Of a stretch of 64,000 bases of DNA, positions 29,056-40,137 are shown in pieces. Each line of letters starts with the position of its first letter. The first letter of the stretch is position 1. The notes under the pieces were generated by a model, which saw nothing but the letters and a program-made list of their open reading frames with translations, was not told where the DNA came from and made no database searches. This DNA is from a virus, in IMG/VR virus record IMGVR_UViG_3300027896_000034, positions 3,256-67,255 of that record. The stretch is one strand, 5' to 3'. The position numbers and the translations under genes were made by a program.

Positions 29056-31014
29056 ATGAATGAAGAAAAGATATGGTTTAATCAGCAGTTGTTTTATTTT
29101 AGAGATAAAATATACACAGTAAATGGATGTTTAGAAATTTCAATAAATAGTAGTACAATTGATTATCAAACATTTTCAACAATAGGTTTAAATTTAACAA
29201 TTAGTAATGATCAAATTAGAAAAACTCAAAGTTTAAATTATTATAATACTATTGATTTAATTAATTCTTTAGAAGAAATTAGAAAAGTAGAAAAGAATTT
29301 ATTTGAATCAAAAACTAATGTAAATGATATAACTAAAAAATATTCAAATAAAACTTTTAGATTATCTTTTAAAATATCAAAGACAGATGAAAAAATTTGT
29401 ATTATATCAATTGTTGATAATGAAACTGATTTTACTAGAGTTGTTATACCTTATGAGTTAGTTATAACAATATTAGAAATATTAAAATCTTTTAGAAATG
29501 ATTTTATTAATATAAATTCAAATTTTATAAATAGATGTATAAATACAGAAGTTTTAAATCAAATTAAAAATACAAGAGATAGTATTAAAGCTTTACCAAG
29601 TTTCTTTGGATCATTAAATACAAATAATACTAATGTAAAAAATATATTATTAGAAGAAGCAAAAGAAATAGATACATCTGTAGTAGAAGAAAATATTAAT
29701 GATTTAGATAAATTTTTAGGTGAAGATATGTCAAATATTAAAATCCCTGAAATAGATAGTCCTAAGAAAACATCTGAAGATAAAAATCCAATAGTTGTAA
29801 GTGATTTCATTAATAATTTTTTAAAAAATGACTTATTTAATTTAGAAAATGTTTTAATGTCAAGTGCATTAAATGATAATCCATTTTTATCTATAGTTAA
29901 TAATATTGAAGGAAGTCTTCAATTAAATGATTCTTTAATTCCAGAAATATCTCAAAATGATTTAAAATCTATTTCTTACATGTCAAAGAAAATTTATCTT
30001 GAAATTTTAAAGAAATGTACTGAATATAATGAAAAGGTTCCAAGTTCAATTTTTGTAATAAAATATAATATTATAGATCCAGAGAAAGTAAAAGAAATAA
30101 ATAAAAATTTAGCTTTAGATTTATTAGTTATATTATCTTATTTTAAGAACTTAAAAGAAAAATTAGAATTAAGAGAACCAGATCTAGTAAAAAATAAAAA
30201 TTTGTTATATTTAAATTTTAGATTATTTATGGATCCACTAATATTTACTTTCTTAAATCTTATAGATGTAAATGTTATAAAACCATTAGTAAGAGATAAG
30301 TATTCTAAATATTCAAAAATTGGATTATTTAATACATATTCAAATTTACTTAGTACATATAATTTAGATGATGTTAGTGAAAATAAAATAATTGAATTTA
30401 TAGATATGTTGGTTGATAAAGTTGTAAGTCAATCTAAAACGATTGATGTTGTTCATAAGAACTTTTATGATTCAAAAATGTTAAAGTTACCGTATGAAAA
30501 TGACTTAACATTAGAACAAATAATAAATGAATTTATTCCGAAAGAATTATTTTATATTTTTAGAAAAGATAATTCTATAAGCTTAGAACAAGCATTTATT
30601 GAAAAATTCGGAAAAGATCAAGAACTTACTGATAAATATTTTCTAAGTAAAGTTCTTGGTGAACAAGAAATATCTAAAAAACTGGATAAAAAATCTAATA
30701 TAGAAAGATTATCTCAGTTTTTTACTAATGAAGTTCCAGAAAAATATAAAGAGGAATTTACATCTTATATAAAATCTTTAAAGAAAGAAAATTTTATACC
30801 AGAACAATTAAGTTTTAATTTAATAGAACTTGGTGATAATATTTTAAAGATTATTTATATTTGGAATAATAGCGAAAAAACAGAAACATATACAGATTTC
30901 TCAACAAAAGTTGAAAGTTGTATATTAGATAAAAATACAATACTATCATCTTTTACTTCTAAAAAAGATGATGAAGTTGTTAATAATGAATGGGATTTAA
31001 GTTTATTAAATTGA
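29056..31014 (+). CDS. large hypothetical protein
   Basis: 652 aa; AGGGAG RBS. Confidence 0.7.
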   Translation: MNEEKIWFNQQLFYFRDKIYTVNGCLEISINSSTIDYQTFSTIGLNLTISNDQIRKTQSLNYYNTIDLINSLEEIRKVEKNLFESKTNVNDITKKYSNKTFRLSFKISKTDEKICIISIVDNETDFTRVVIPYELVITILEILKSFRNDFININSNFINRCINTEVLNQIKNTRDSIKALPSFFGSLNTNNTNVKNILLEEAKEIDTSVVEENINDLDKFLGEDMSNIKIPEIDSPKKTSEDKNPIVVSDFINNFLKNDLFNLENVLMSSALNDNPFLSIVNNIEGSLQLNDSLIPEISQNDLKSISYMSKKIYLEILKKCTEYNEKVPSSIFVIKYNIIDPEKVKEINKNLALDLLVILSYFKNLKEKLELREPDLVKNKNLLYLNFRLFMDPLIFTFLNLIDVNVIKPLVRDKYSKYSKIGLFNTYSNLLSTYNLDDVSENKIIEFIDMLVDKVVSQSKTIDVVHKNFYDSKMLKLPYENDLTLEQIINEFIPKELFYIFRKDNSISLEQAFIEKFGKDQELTDKYFLSKVLGEQEISKKLDKKSNIERLSQFFTNEVPEKYKEEFTSYIKSLKKENFIPEQLSFNLIELGDNILKIIYIWNNSEKTETYTDFSTKVESCILDKNTILSSFTSKKDDEVVNNEWDLSLLN

Positions 31015-31026
31015 AAGCAATATAAT

Positions 31027-31665
31027 ATGGGATTAGTTTTAGGAAAATCATTAAATAGAAATTATAATATAAGATTACCTTTTCTTGATGGATTTTATAA
31101 TGTTGGTTTATTTTATAATACAAAATCTCCATTTTTATTGTTTAGTGTTGATCCAGTTATTTCATCTAGTGAATTAAAACACTCTGTAAAAGTAAATATG
31201 TTTAAAAATATTGAATCTTCTAAATTTGTAGAAACTTTTTTAAATCTTCATAACTATAAAAGTTATAATTTAGATATAATAAATCAATTTAATGAAATAA
31301 AACCAGATTATGTTAGTGATGTAAATTTTATATTAAATGAAAATTTAGTTTTATCTAAAATACAAGTAGATGAAGATAAAACTTTTATAGACCAATTAGT
31401 TTTATATGGACTAACACTAACTTCTTACTCATCAGAAATAATATTTTTAATTGCAGAAAGACAAAATATAGTATCTAAATTAAGGAAAAAAATAGTTAGA
31501 ACATCTGCTCTTCAAATTTCTACAATAGGTGCAATGAATATGATTGATGATTATTTTGAAGAGTTGAGAAAAAGACAAAAAAATGAAAACAAATATTTAT
31601 CTCATGAAGCTATAAATTTTAATGAGATAGAAAAAGAGGAGATTGAAAAAATTGACAGAACTTAA
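31027..31665 (+). CDS. hypothetical protein
   Basis: 212 aa ORF. Confidence 0.65.
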   Translation: MGLVLGKSLNRNYNIRLPFLDGFYNVGLFYNTKSPFLLFSVDPVISSSELKHSVKVNMFKNIESSKFVETFLNLHNYKSYNLDIINQFNEIKPDYVSDVNFILNENLVLSKIQVDEDKTFIDQLVLYGLTLTSYSSEIIFLIAERQNIVSKLRKKIVRTSALQISTIGAMNMIDDYFEELRKRQKNENKYLSHEAINFNEIEKEEIEKIDRT

Positions 31666-32905
31666 AGATAGTGATAGAAACCCAAATAGATATCATTATG
31701 AATTTATACATAATGTTCTTGGGAATTTTATGAAAGATCTTTTAGATTATTTTTCTACATATTTATACCCAAGATTTCAATGGACTGCTATTGGAACATA
31801 TGATAAAGCTGTTGCTTATTTAACTCAAAATGAAAAATATGGAAGAGAAACAGATCAAGCAATGAAACCAGCTTTAATTTTAAATCCTTCTGGAGATTTT
31901 GATTTTGATGAAACTTATGGGAAGTTATTTTGGAGATTTCCAAATCTTGCTCCAGGTATGGTTAAAAGAATTCTTGATCCAATATATCAAGATCAAAATG
32001 TAATTATAAATCTTGGTTATAGTAGATTGAAGGGTGAAGTAGAATTTATAGCTTTGGTAAATTCTTTTTATGAATATATTGATGTTAAAATGTATTTAGG
32101 ATTAATTTTTGGTGGAAAAGATAGATATATTTATCCTACATCTTTTGATTCATTTATAATATTACCAAAAGAAATTTATAATTATCAATATAATAATGAA
32201 TATACTGGTGTAGCATATAAATTAAATATTCCGGAAGCACAAAGTAAATTAATAGAAACAACTAATTTAACAGAAGTTGTCTATCCTCTTAAATTAACTC
32301 CAAAATTTAAATTAATAGGAATGTCTGATGCATCTGAAAGATTAGGTGGAACAGATAGGATGCCTACTTGGAAACTTATTTTTAATATAGAATATGAAAT
32401 TGAAGTTCCATCTTGGTTAATTTTAGAGAGTGATTATTTAGTTCAAAATATAAAAATGAATATAAAATATGGTTCTTGTTTTTCAGAAAATACTTCTTAT
32501 AATCTAGAAGAAGTTCCAGTTAATATTTCAATAATTAATGGCGAAATGAAGTATATGGATAGCACTACTGGATTAGAGATAGATATTGATAGTACATCAC
32601 CAGTTGATGTTAGAGTTGGAATTCCAGAATCAAGTGTAAAAAGTGAAAGAGATTTAGAATTTAAAACTAGATATTTTCATGTAGTTACAAAACCAGAAGA
32701 AGAATCTACAACTACAATATCATTTGATTTACCAGAGCCAATTTTAGATATAGAATTAATAATTGTAAATACTAAAAATGGAAAATTAAATTATGGTGAT
32801 AATTATACTATTAGTAATGATGGTTTAGTTATTACAATTAATAAAGAAACAGTAACATTAACTGAAAATGATATTCTTGAACTTTACGTATATGAGGATA
32901 TTTAA
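31643..32905 (+). CDS. hypothetical protein, possibly virion structural
   Basis: 420 aa with a beta-rich C-terminal domain. Confidence 0.55.
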   Translation: MKKLTELKDSDRNPNRYHYEFIHNVLGNFMKDLLDYFSTYLYPRFQWTAIGTYDKAVAYLTQNEKYGRETDQAMKPALILNPSGDFDFDETYGKLFWRFPNLAPGMVKRILDPIYQDQNVIINLGYSRLKGEVEFIALVNSFYEYIDVKMYLGLIFGGKDRYIYPTSFDSFIILPKEIYNYQYNNEYTGVAYKLNIPEAQSKLIETTNLTEVVYPLKLTPKFKLIGMSDASERLGGTDRMPTWKLIFNIEYEIEVPSWLILESDYLVQNIKMNIKYGSCFSENTSYNLEEVPVNISIINGEMKYMDSTTGLEIDIDSTSPVDVRVGIPESSVKSERDLEFKTRYFHVVTKPEEESTTTISFDLPEPILDIELIIVNTKNGKLNYGDNYTISNDGLVITINKETVTLTENDILELYVYEDI

Positions 32906-33427
32906 ATGAGTTTAAAACCATACCTTGAATTTTTAATGGATAAATATAAAAATGTTAAAAGAAAAATAAATGTTGCTGGTGGAGTAATTATAAAAAAGAG
33001 TGAAACAGGAGATGATATACTTCTTTTAATTCAAAGATCATCAGATGATAATTATCCTTTATTTTTTGAGTTTCCACGAGGAAAATGTGATAAAGGAGAT
33101 AAAAATAGATTAACTGATTGTTTAAAACGTGAGGTTAAAGAAGAAACAGGATTAGATGTAATTCCAATAAAATTTATAGATAAATTTACATATATAGCAG
33201 ATGAAGGTGAAAGAGAATCTACTCAATATAATTATCTTTGTAAATTGAAAGACCCAAATCAAGAAGTTAAATTATCAAAAGAACATCAAGATTATAAGTG
33301 GGTGTCCTCAGTAGGAGAAGTAGAATTATTATGTCAACCTGAGATTAAAAAAACCATATCTAGAGTTTTTAATACTGAAATGAAAACAGTAATTTATCCA
33401 GAAAAAAATGAGGAAATTGAAGAGTGA
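32906..33427 (+). CDS. NUDIX hydrolase
   Basis: PRGKCDKGD...LKREVKEETGL box; LSKEHQDYKW. Confidence 0.85.
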   Translation: MSLKPYLEFLMDKYKNVKRKINVAGGVIIKKSETGDDILLLIQRSSDDNYPLFFEFPRGKCDKGDKNRLTDCLKREVKEETGLDVIPIKFIDKFTYIADEGERESTQYNYLCKLKDPNQEVKLSKEHQDYKWVSSVGEVELLCQPEIKKTISRVFNTEMKTVIYPEKNEEIEE

Positions 33428-33918
33428 TAATATTAGAAATAAAGGATCCTGGTCATTTTTTAAATATTCCCGGATTTAAAGAAATAAGAACTCCTATAAG
33501 AATGGATGTAACAAAAAAAGATTTAACTCTAATATTAACTTATTTGAGAAAAATGAGTATAACTAATTATACGTTAAAAACTCCAAGTGAGGATGAAGAA
33601 AAAATAGAACAAAATAAAGAAAATATCGATTTAAATAAAAAAATGGAAAACATAGAAGGGTTATTAAATAAACTTCTTCAAAAACAACCACAATTAACAC
33701 AACAAATAATAAGCGTAGATAATACAGTTTTAACTAAAAAAGAAAAAGAAGTTGAAGTTGATAATAGTTTTATACCAGAAATTGATATAAGTGGATTATC
33801 AACAAAAGGAGAATTAACCAAAACAACTGTTCAATCTGATAGTAATAGCAGTATTAGAGAGTCCGCTAACTTATTAAAAACATTAAGGAAAAAATCTTTA
33901 AAAGATTATCATGGTTAA
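33424..33918 (+). CDS. hypothetical protein
   Basis: coupled ORF. Confidence 0.6.
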   Translation: MIILEIKDPGHFLNIPGFKEIRTPIRMDVTKKDLTLILTYLRKMSITNYTLKTPSEDEEKIEQNKENIDLNKKMENIEGLLNKLLQKQPQLTQQIISVDNTVLTKKEKEVEVDNSFIPEIDISGLSTKGELTKTTVQSDSNSSIRESANLLKTLRKKSLKDYHG

Positions 33919-34028
33919 ATACCAGAACTGGTATTTTCCAAGGTATAAACTATTGAAATTAAAAAGGAAAAAATCTTAATTTTAATGGTTTTAAGAACTT
34001 TTGAGTTAGATTTAAAAAGGAGATAAAA

Positions 34029-35093
34029 ATGTCTGATGATATAACTGAAGTTTTAGAGAGTTTTAATCAAGAGAAGAAAAAGAATCCTATTTTATGTTGT
34101 GGAGTAGATTGTGGGACTATGTTTGTCGCTGTAGCTAGATCAGATTCTGACGATATTAAAATTATAAGAAACGCATATCTTAGTTTAGATAAAGAAGAAA
34201 TTTCTTTATCAGAACTTACTGATATAAATTATGTAAAATCTGATGATGGTGAAATTTACATAATTGGCGAAGATGCTTTTAAATTAGCAAATTTATTTAA
34301 TAAACAAATTTCTAGACCAATGGAAAAGGGAATGATCTCACCAAAAGAAGTTAATGCAATAGATATTTTAACTTTAGAACTAAAAAGTATTTTAGGAGAT
34401 ATTAAAGATAAAGATGTATATTGCACATATAGTATACCAGCTCCTACTATTGATGAGGAGGGAAGATCTGTAATTTATCATGAAAAAGTATTTTCTAAAA
34501 TATTTAATTCTCTTGGAATAAATAATACATCTTGTAATGAAGCAGCAGCAATTGTTTATTCGGAAGCATCTACTGAAAAGTTTAGCGCATGTTCAATTTC
34601 TTTTGGTGCTGGAATGGTCAACGTTGCAATTTTATATAGAGGAATAGAAGTTCTAAAATTTTCAACTTCAAGAAGTGGGGACTGGATAGATAAAAGTGTT
34701 GCTGAATCTTTAAATATAATTCAAAATAGAGTTTCTAGTGTAAAAGAAAAGTTGTTTGATTTAGAAACTGACTATAAAAATAATCCGGATAAAAAGAAAA
34801 GAAGAATACTTGAAGCACTTGGTTATTTTTATGAAAATCTTATAAATTATACAATTAAAAATATTATAAAACAATTTGAACAAAAAGTAGATATAGAAAT
34901 AAATGAAGCCATTCCAATTATTATAGCTGGAGGAACATCAATTCCAAATGGATTTATAAATTTATTTAAAAGTGTAATTTCTAAATATATTTTACCTTTT
35001 GAAGTTAGTGAGATTAGACAAGCAAAAAATCCTTTAACTGCAGTAGCAAAAGGTCTTTTAATTAAAACTATGAGTGACGTAGGAGATAAGTAA
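34029..35093 (+). CDS. actin-like ATPase (MreB/FtsA/ParM superfamily)
   Basis: GVDCGT, NEAAA, ISFGAGMVN, IAGGTS, PLTAVAKG. Confidence 0.8.
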   Translation: MSDDITEVLESFNQEKKKNPILCCGVDCGTMFVAVARSDSDDIKIIRNAYLSLDKEEISLSELTDINYVKSDDGEIYIIGEDAFKLANLFNKQISRPMEKGMISPKEVNAIDILTLELKSILGDIKDKDVYCTYSIPAPTIDEEGRSVIYHEKVFSKIFNSLGINNTSCNEAAAIVYSEASTEKFSACSISFGAGMVNVAILYRGIEVLKFSTSRSGDWIDKSVAESLNIIQNRVSSVKEKLFDLETDYKNNPDKKKRRILEALGYFYENLINYTIKNIIKQFEQKVDIEINEAIPIIIAGGTSIPNGFINLFKSVISKYILPFEVSEIRQAKNPLTAVAKGLLIKTMSDVGDK

Positions 35094-35157
35094 CTAAAAT
35101 TAATTTTTTATAGAACAAAAAGGAAAGTATATATATTTATACCAAAGGGAGGTATTT

Positions 35158-35364
35158 ATGAACTTAGCAGAATTTGATGATATAACTGATTCTTACATTA
35201 ATTTATTATGCGAAAACAATTATCGAGAGTTTTTTAAAAAGAAATTAAAAGCAAGAGGAATAAAATCACCATTTGCTCTTCAAGGTGAAGAAAGATCAGC
35301 TTTCTTTAAAGAACTAAGTAAAGAATGGGCAGCTGAAAAGGCAAAAACTCAACCTCAAGAATAA
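35158..35364 (+). CDS. small protein, possibly head-associated
   Basis: YREFFKKKLK..GIKSP..L..EER..FF...SKEW; GGGAGG RBS. Confidence 0.55.
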   Translation: MNLAEFDDITDSYINLLCENNYREFFKKKLKARGIKSPFALQGEERSAFFKELSKEWAAEKAKTQPQE

Positions 35365-35390
35365 AAAATAGAAAGTGAAAGGGGATTTAA

Positions 35391-36635
35391 GTGAACAATA
35401 TAAACAGAGATTTTAAAAGTATTACTAATAATGAATTAAATGAACTTGGAATAAAACTAGATAAACAATTTGTTGAAACAATTGATGATCTAAAATCCTC
35501 ACCTCCGAGTATTGTTATTGCAGAATGTGTAAAATCATTTAAGTTCACGCAAAATCAATATCCAAATAATCAGCAATTAACTAAGAAAAATAAATATATT
35601 ATGGGACTCGGAATCTATCAGCAATTACATTTTGATACTAGAGTAAAAGAACAACTTCTAAAACCATCTCAAGTAAAATTTAAAAATATGTATAGACCAT
35701 ATACCGGTCAAGATTTAACAGATAAAACTCTTTTAATTTGGAGAACCGGTGGTATTGGTGATCTTCTTTTTATTCAACCAAACTTATTTTATTTGAAAGA
35801 AAAATATCCTACGTGCGAAATTTTGTTTGCATGTGGACCTCAATATCAAAGTATGGTTAGAACTTGGGATTGTATAGACGAAGTTATAGATTTACCATTT
35901 AATATGAGTTATATGATTGATTCTGATTACCATGCAATTTTTGAAGGAGTTATAGAAAGAACAAAACAAGCTGAAAAAGAAAACTCTTACCATCTTTTTA
36001 CTAAATGGTTGGGATTAAATTTACCAGATGAACTATTAACACCAAAACAATCTGTAGATGAAGAATCTGTAATTAAATGTATAGAAGTTTTAGATAAATT
36101 TGGAGTAAAAGAAAAAGATTTTATATTACTACAAATGAGATCTTCTTCACCAATTAGAAATCCAAACACAAAAATTTGGAAAACAATTATAGATGAGTTA
36201 ACAAAAAATGGACATAAAATTATACTTACAGATAGTTCTCATCATGAAAAAGAAATTACAAGATTTATAGAAACACTTAATGATAAAGATAAAGTATTTA
36301 ATTTTGCAGAACATTCAAAAGAAATTGCTGATACTATAGCTTTAGCTAGTTTAGCAAAATTATGTATTGGAACAGATTCAGCTTTAAATCATATTGCAAT
36401 TTCAGTTGGAACAAAATCTTTTGGAATTTTTGGACCTTTTCCTGGAGAAATAAGATTATCAACTTATCCTAAAAATTTATGTGACTGGATAAATGTTGAA
36501 GATAATTGCACACCATGTTTTATACACTCAATGGGTAATTGTAAGAATACAGATATTTCTGGATTTTCCAAGTGTTATCATAAATTAGATATAAATTTAT
36601 GTATTGAGAAAATAGAGAAATTATTAACTTTATAG
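35391..36635 (+). CDS. GT9 (heptosyltransferase-like) glycosyltransferase
   Basis: RTGGIGDLL, IGTDSALNHIA, FGP, CTPC. Confidence 0.8.
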   Translation: MNNINRDFKSITNNELNELGIKLDKQFVETIDDLKSSPPSIVIAECVKSFKFTQNQYPNNQQLTKKNKYIMGLGIYQQLHFDTRVKEQLLKPSQVKFKNMYRPYTGQDLTDKTLLIWRTGGIGDLLFIQPNLFYLKEKYPTCEILFACGPQYQSMVRTWDCIDEVIDLPFNMSYMIDSDYHAIFEGVIERTKQAEKENSYHLFTKWLGLNLPDELLTPKQSVDEESVIKCIEVLDKFGVKEKDFILLQMRSSSPIRNPNTKIWKTIIDELTKNGHKIILTDSSHHEKEITRFIETLNDKDKVFNFAEHSKEIADTIALASLAKLCIGTDSALNHIAISVGTKSFGIFGPFPGEIRLSTYPKNLCDWINVEDNCTPCFIHSMGNCKNTDISGFSKCYHKLDINLCIEKIEKLLTL

Positions 36636-36650
36636 AAAGGCGAATGTTGA

Positions 36651-37481
36651 ATGATAAAAATATTTTTGAGCGTGAGGAATAGATTATCTATTACTACAAA
36701 ATGTATTACAGCTTTATATAAACATTCAACTTTACCGCACCAAATCTATGTGTATGACAATTTGACAAATTATAAAATAGATGAACATTATATGTATTTT
36801 AGTTTATTAATGCAAAAAGGAATAATAGATCAAGTTACGTTTACAAGTTCTAATTCAACTTTTAATGCTTTTTCCAAAGCTGCTAGCTGTAATTTTTTTG
36901 GTCTTCAACATCAAATGGATCCAAAAAAAGATAAATATGATTTTTTACTTTTTATAGATAATGATATAATTGTAAGTCCAGGTTGGGATGAAATTTTAAA
37001 ACAATCTTGGGAAGAAGTTAAAAAATTGGGTTTAAATAATATAAAAATAATCTCACAATTTCCTGGTGGGATAAAAGGAAAAATAGAGTTAAGTCAAAAA
37101 ATAGCTGGAAAACAATCTGTTACTGGAAAATTTGGAGGGTCTGGATTTTGGTCAGTCCCTTCAAATTTTTTTGACGATGTTGGTTTTTTAAATTTAAAAG
37201 AATTAGTAGGACATCATAAAAAACATGATCAAAGTTATTGGAGGTTATTAGAAAAATCTTCAGGTGGTAAAGATTATATATTGGGATTAAAAGATAAGTT
37301 AGCTAGACATTGTGGAGGAAAAATATCTGGTTCAGTTTGTAATACTCTTACAAGAAATAATATGAGTGATAAAAAATTAGATTTAATTAAATTTGAAGAT
37401 TCTGAAAAGAGAATAGATGAAATGACATTTGATGAATTTTATGAAATGATTAATAAAGATGAAAGTCTTTGGGTGTGGTGA
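36651..37481 (+). CDS. GT2-like glycosyltransferase
   Basis: YVYDN, LLFIDNDIIV..GW. Confidence 0.7.
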   Translation: MIKIFLSVRNRLSITTKCITALYKHSTLPHQIYVYDNLTNYKIDEHYMYFSLLMQKGIIDQVTFTSSNSTFNAFSKAASCNFFGLQHQMDPKKDKYDFLLFIDNDIIVSPGWDEILKQSWEEVKKLGLNNIKIISQFPGGIKGKIELSQKIAGKQSVTGKFGGSGFWSVPSNFFDDVGFLNLKELVGHHKKHDQSYWRLLEKSSGGKDYILGLKDKLARHCGGKISGSVCNTLTRNNMSDKKLDLIKFEDSEKRIDEMTFDEFYEMINKDESLWVW

Positions 37482-37484
37482 AAA

Positions 37485-38003
37485 ATGAACACAAAAAAAT
37501 TGATTAAAAAAATAGATATAGATAAAAGAATTAAAGAATTAGGAGAAGAAATTTCAAAAGATTATGAAGGTAAAGATTTAGTAATAATTGGAGTCTTAAA
37601 AGGATCTTTTATTTTTTTAGCTGATTTAGTTAGACAAATAACAGTCCCACATATTATTGACTTTATACAAGTTTCTAGTTATAATTCTAAAACATTTAGT
37701 TCAGGAAGAATTAAATTTATAAAAGATATTACAGAAAAAATAAATGGAAAAGAAGTTTTGTTAATTGAAGATATAATTGATACAGGATTAACTGTATCTG
37801 CTATTCTTAGTCATATAGCTAGAAATTATGAAGTTTCTTCAATAAATGTTTGTTCTCTTTTAGATAAACCATCTAGAAGAAAAGTATATTTTATTCCAGA
37901 TTATATTGGTTTTAGTATTGATAATGATTTTGTAATTGGATATGGATTAGATTATGATCAAAAATATAGATCATTACCATATATTTTAAAGGTTATAGAA
38001 TAG
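37485..38003 (+). CDS. hpt: hypoxanthine phosphoribosyltransferase
   Basis: VLKGSFIFLADL, VSSY, LIEDIIDTGLT, FVIGYGLDY. Confidence 0.92.
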   Translation: MNTKKLIKKIDIDKRIKELGEEISKDYEGKDLVIIGVLKGSFIFLADLVRQITVPHIIDFIQVSSYNSKTFSSGRIKFIKDITEKINGKEVLLIEDIIDTGLTVSAILSHIARNYEVSSINVCSLLDKPSRRKVYFIPDYIGFSIDNDFVIGYGLDYDQKYRSLPYILKVIE

Positions 38004-38899
38004 TGGAAAAATCAAAAGCTATAATTTCAATGTTTTTAGGAGAGTTATATTGGGAGTTTGCTAGATTTGCTCCACATATTATATATAAAAAATTAAAACA
38101 GTATAAAGATCAAGACATAAAATTAATAGTTGCAACAAGAGAAGATCGTTTAGATATTTATGGAGAAATAGCAGATATTTTTGTTCCCATAAGATTAGAT
38201 GAAACTAATATGGTTCAAGATTGTTTTAGATTAACCAATTACCCAGAAAATGAATATAATAATTTAGTAAAATGTTTAGAAATTCAATTTAAAGATAGAT
38301 ATGAAATAATTGAAAAAATTTATCCTAAAATAGATGGAAGAAATTTTTGTAATAAGTTTCAGTTTCCTAAAGATAAAATGACTTATAAATATTTTCCAAG
38401 AGAAGAAAATAAAAAAACTATTGAAGATCAAATAATTACAAATAAAAAGATTGTTGTAATAGCTCCAAGATATAGAAAGGGTTTAAGTAGAAATTGGATT
38501 TATTGGGATAAATTATATAATTTAATATATGAAAATAAAGAGTTAACTAATAGATTTGAATTTGTTATATGCGGAAAAAATCCAGATTATGCTCCAGATG
38601 AAAAAAATAGATTTTTAGATATAAATAATTTTTCAAAAAATGAAAAAGAATCTTTAATTGGATTAACAATTGAATTAATAAAAAAATCTATTTTAACAGT
38701 GGGAAGTCAATCAGGAATTCCAAATATTTCATTATTACTTGGTGTTCCTGTTTTAGAGTGGGGAAATCAAAAAGTTTTACATACCGTATCTTATAATGTT
38801 CTAAAAACACCAGTAACATTTTTAGATGATATGAATTTTAATTTATCCCCAGAAAAAATTTATGAAGAAATGTTAAAAATTTTAAATAAAGGAGAATAA
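38003..38899 (+). CDS. GT-B (GT9-like) glycosyltransferase
   Basis: GELYWE, RNW..W, VGSQSG...LLLGVPVL. Confidence 0.6.
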   Translation: MEKSKAIISMFLGELYWEFARFAPHIIYKKLKQYKDQDIKLIVATREDRLDIYGEIADIFVPIRLDETNMVQDCFRLTNYPENEYNNLVKCLEIQFKDRYEIIEKIYPKIDGRNFCNKFQFPKDKMTYKYFPREENKKTIEDQIITNKKIVVIAPRYRKGLSRNWIYWDKLYNLIYENKELTNRFEFVICGKNPDYAPDEKNRFLDINNFSKNEKESLIGLTIELIKKSILTVGSQSGIPNISLLLGVPVLEWGNQKVLHTVSYNVLKTPVTFLDDMNFNLSPEKIYEEMLKILNKGE

Positions 38900-38902
38900 A
38901 AG

Positions 38903-39160
38903 ATGAGTAATAATACTAGTTGGTACAGTAAGAATTTAAAGTATTTAAATGGATTAATTGATAGATTAGAAAAATACATGCTTCAAGGTTCTTTTGAACG
39001 AGAATTAGACCTTAAAGAAATTATTAATGTAATAAGAAGTATGGGTATGGAAATAACTTCGCTTCAAAATAAACTTTTAGAAAGAGATATAACAATTGGT
39101 CAGTTAAAACTTGATGCTCAAAAATTAACAAATAAAAAAGATCGTAATATTAATAAGTAA
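38903..39160 (+). CDS. hypothetical coiled-coil protein
   Basis: AAGGAG RBS. Confidence 0.55.
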   Translation: MSNNTSWYSKNLKYLNGLIDRLEKYMLQGSFERELDLKEIINVIRSMGMEITSLQNKLLERDITIGQLKLDAQKLTNKKDRNINK

Positions 39161-40137
39161 TGGAAATTTTATTTAATCTTGTTGGAAGCAATCTTGGAAA
39201 TAATGGTGGGAGTCATACGATAGTTAGATCTTCTAATATTTTAATAGATTTAGGGTATAAAGTTAAATTAATAGTTGATGGGAGAAATCAATATACATGG
39301 ACTGATGTAAAATCAGAAATTATTGTTTCTAGAGACCCAAATGAGATTCCAGATTCGGATGTAATTATAGCGACTAGTTTTTGGAGTGTTGATTCTACAA
39401 ATAGATGTAATATAAAAAATAAGTTCTGGTGGATTAGAGGATGGGAAAATTGGACTAATAAAGAAAGTAGTTTAGTAAGTATTTTAAAAAATTCTCCATC
39501 TAAAAAAATAGTTAATAGTATTGGATTACAAAATAAATTAAAAAGTTTTAATATTGATTCAACCATTGTATATCCAGGATATGATTTTAATGAAATATAT
39601 CCTTTAAATATTAGAAATTTAGATAATGATATTATTTTAGGTGGTTTATACAATAATGGAAAGAAAAGATCTTCTAAAAGAACAGATTGGATATTTAAAT
39701 GTTATCAAAAATTAAAAAAGAAATATCCAATAAAATTATTTATGTTTGGAATAGAGGGTTCCCCAGGTAATTTAGTTGACTATTATATTAAAAATCCAAA
39801 TATAGAAGAGAAAAATAAGATGTATAATTCTATTAATATTTGGTTATCATCTAGTGAAAATGAAGGATTGCATTTAACTCCAGCAGAAGCAATGATGACA
39901 GAATGTTGTGTAGTTGGAAATTCTTCATTACTATCTGGAACTATAGACTATTTAATAAATCAAAAAACTGGATTAGTTTCTGAAAACAACTTTGATTCAT
40001 TTATTAATTGTGTTGAGGTTTTAATAAATGATAAAAATTTAAGAGAAGAACTTGGAAGAAATGGGAGAGAAAAAATAACATCAATAGGAAGTAGAGAAGA
40101 AAATATGAAAAAGATGATAGAGGTTTTGAGTGGATAA
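39160..40137 (+). CDS. GT4 glycosyltransferase
   Basis: NGGS, IATSFW, EGLHLTPAEAM (ExxxxxxxE). Confidence 0.8.
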   Translation: MEILFNLVGSNLGNNGGSHTIVRSSNILIDLGYKVKLIVDGRNQYTWTDVKSEIIVSRDPNEIPDSDVIIATSFWSVDSTNRCNIKNKFWWIRGWENWTNKESSLVSILKNSPSKKIVNSIGLQNKLKSFNIDSTIVYPGYDFNEIYPLNIRNLDNDIILGGLYNNGKKRSSKRTDWIFKCYQKLKKKYPIKLFMFGIEGSPGNLVDYYIKNPNIEEKNKMYNSINIWLSSSENEGLHLTPAEAMMTECCVVGNSSLLSGTIDYLINQKTGLVSENNFDSFINCVEVLINDKNLREELGRNGREKITSIGSREENMKKMIEVLSG

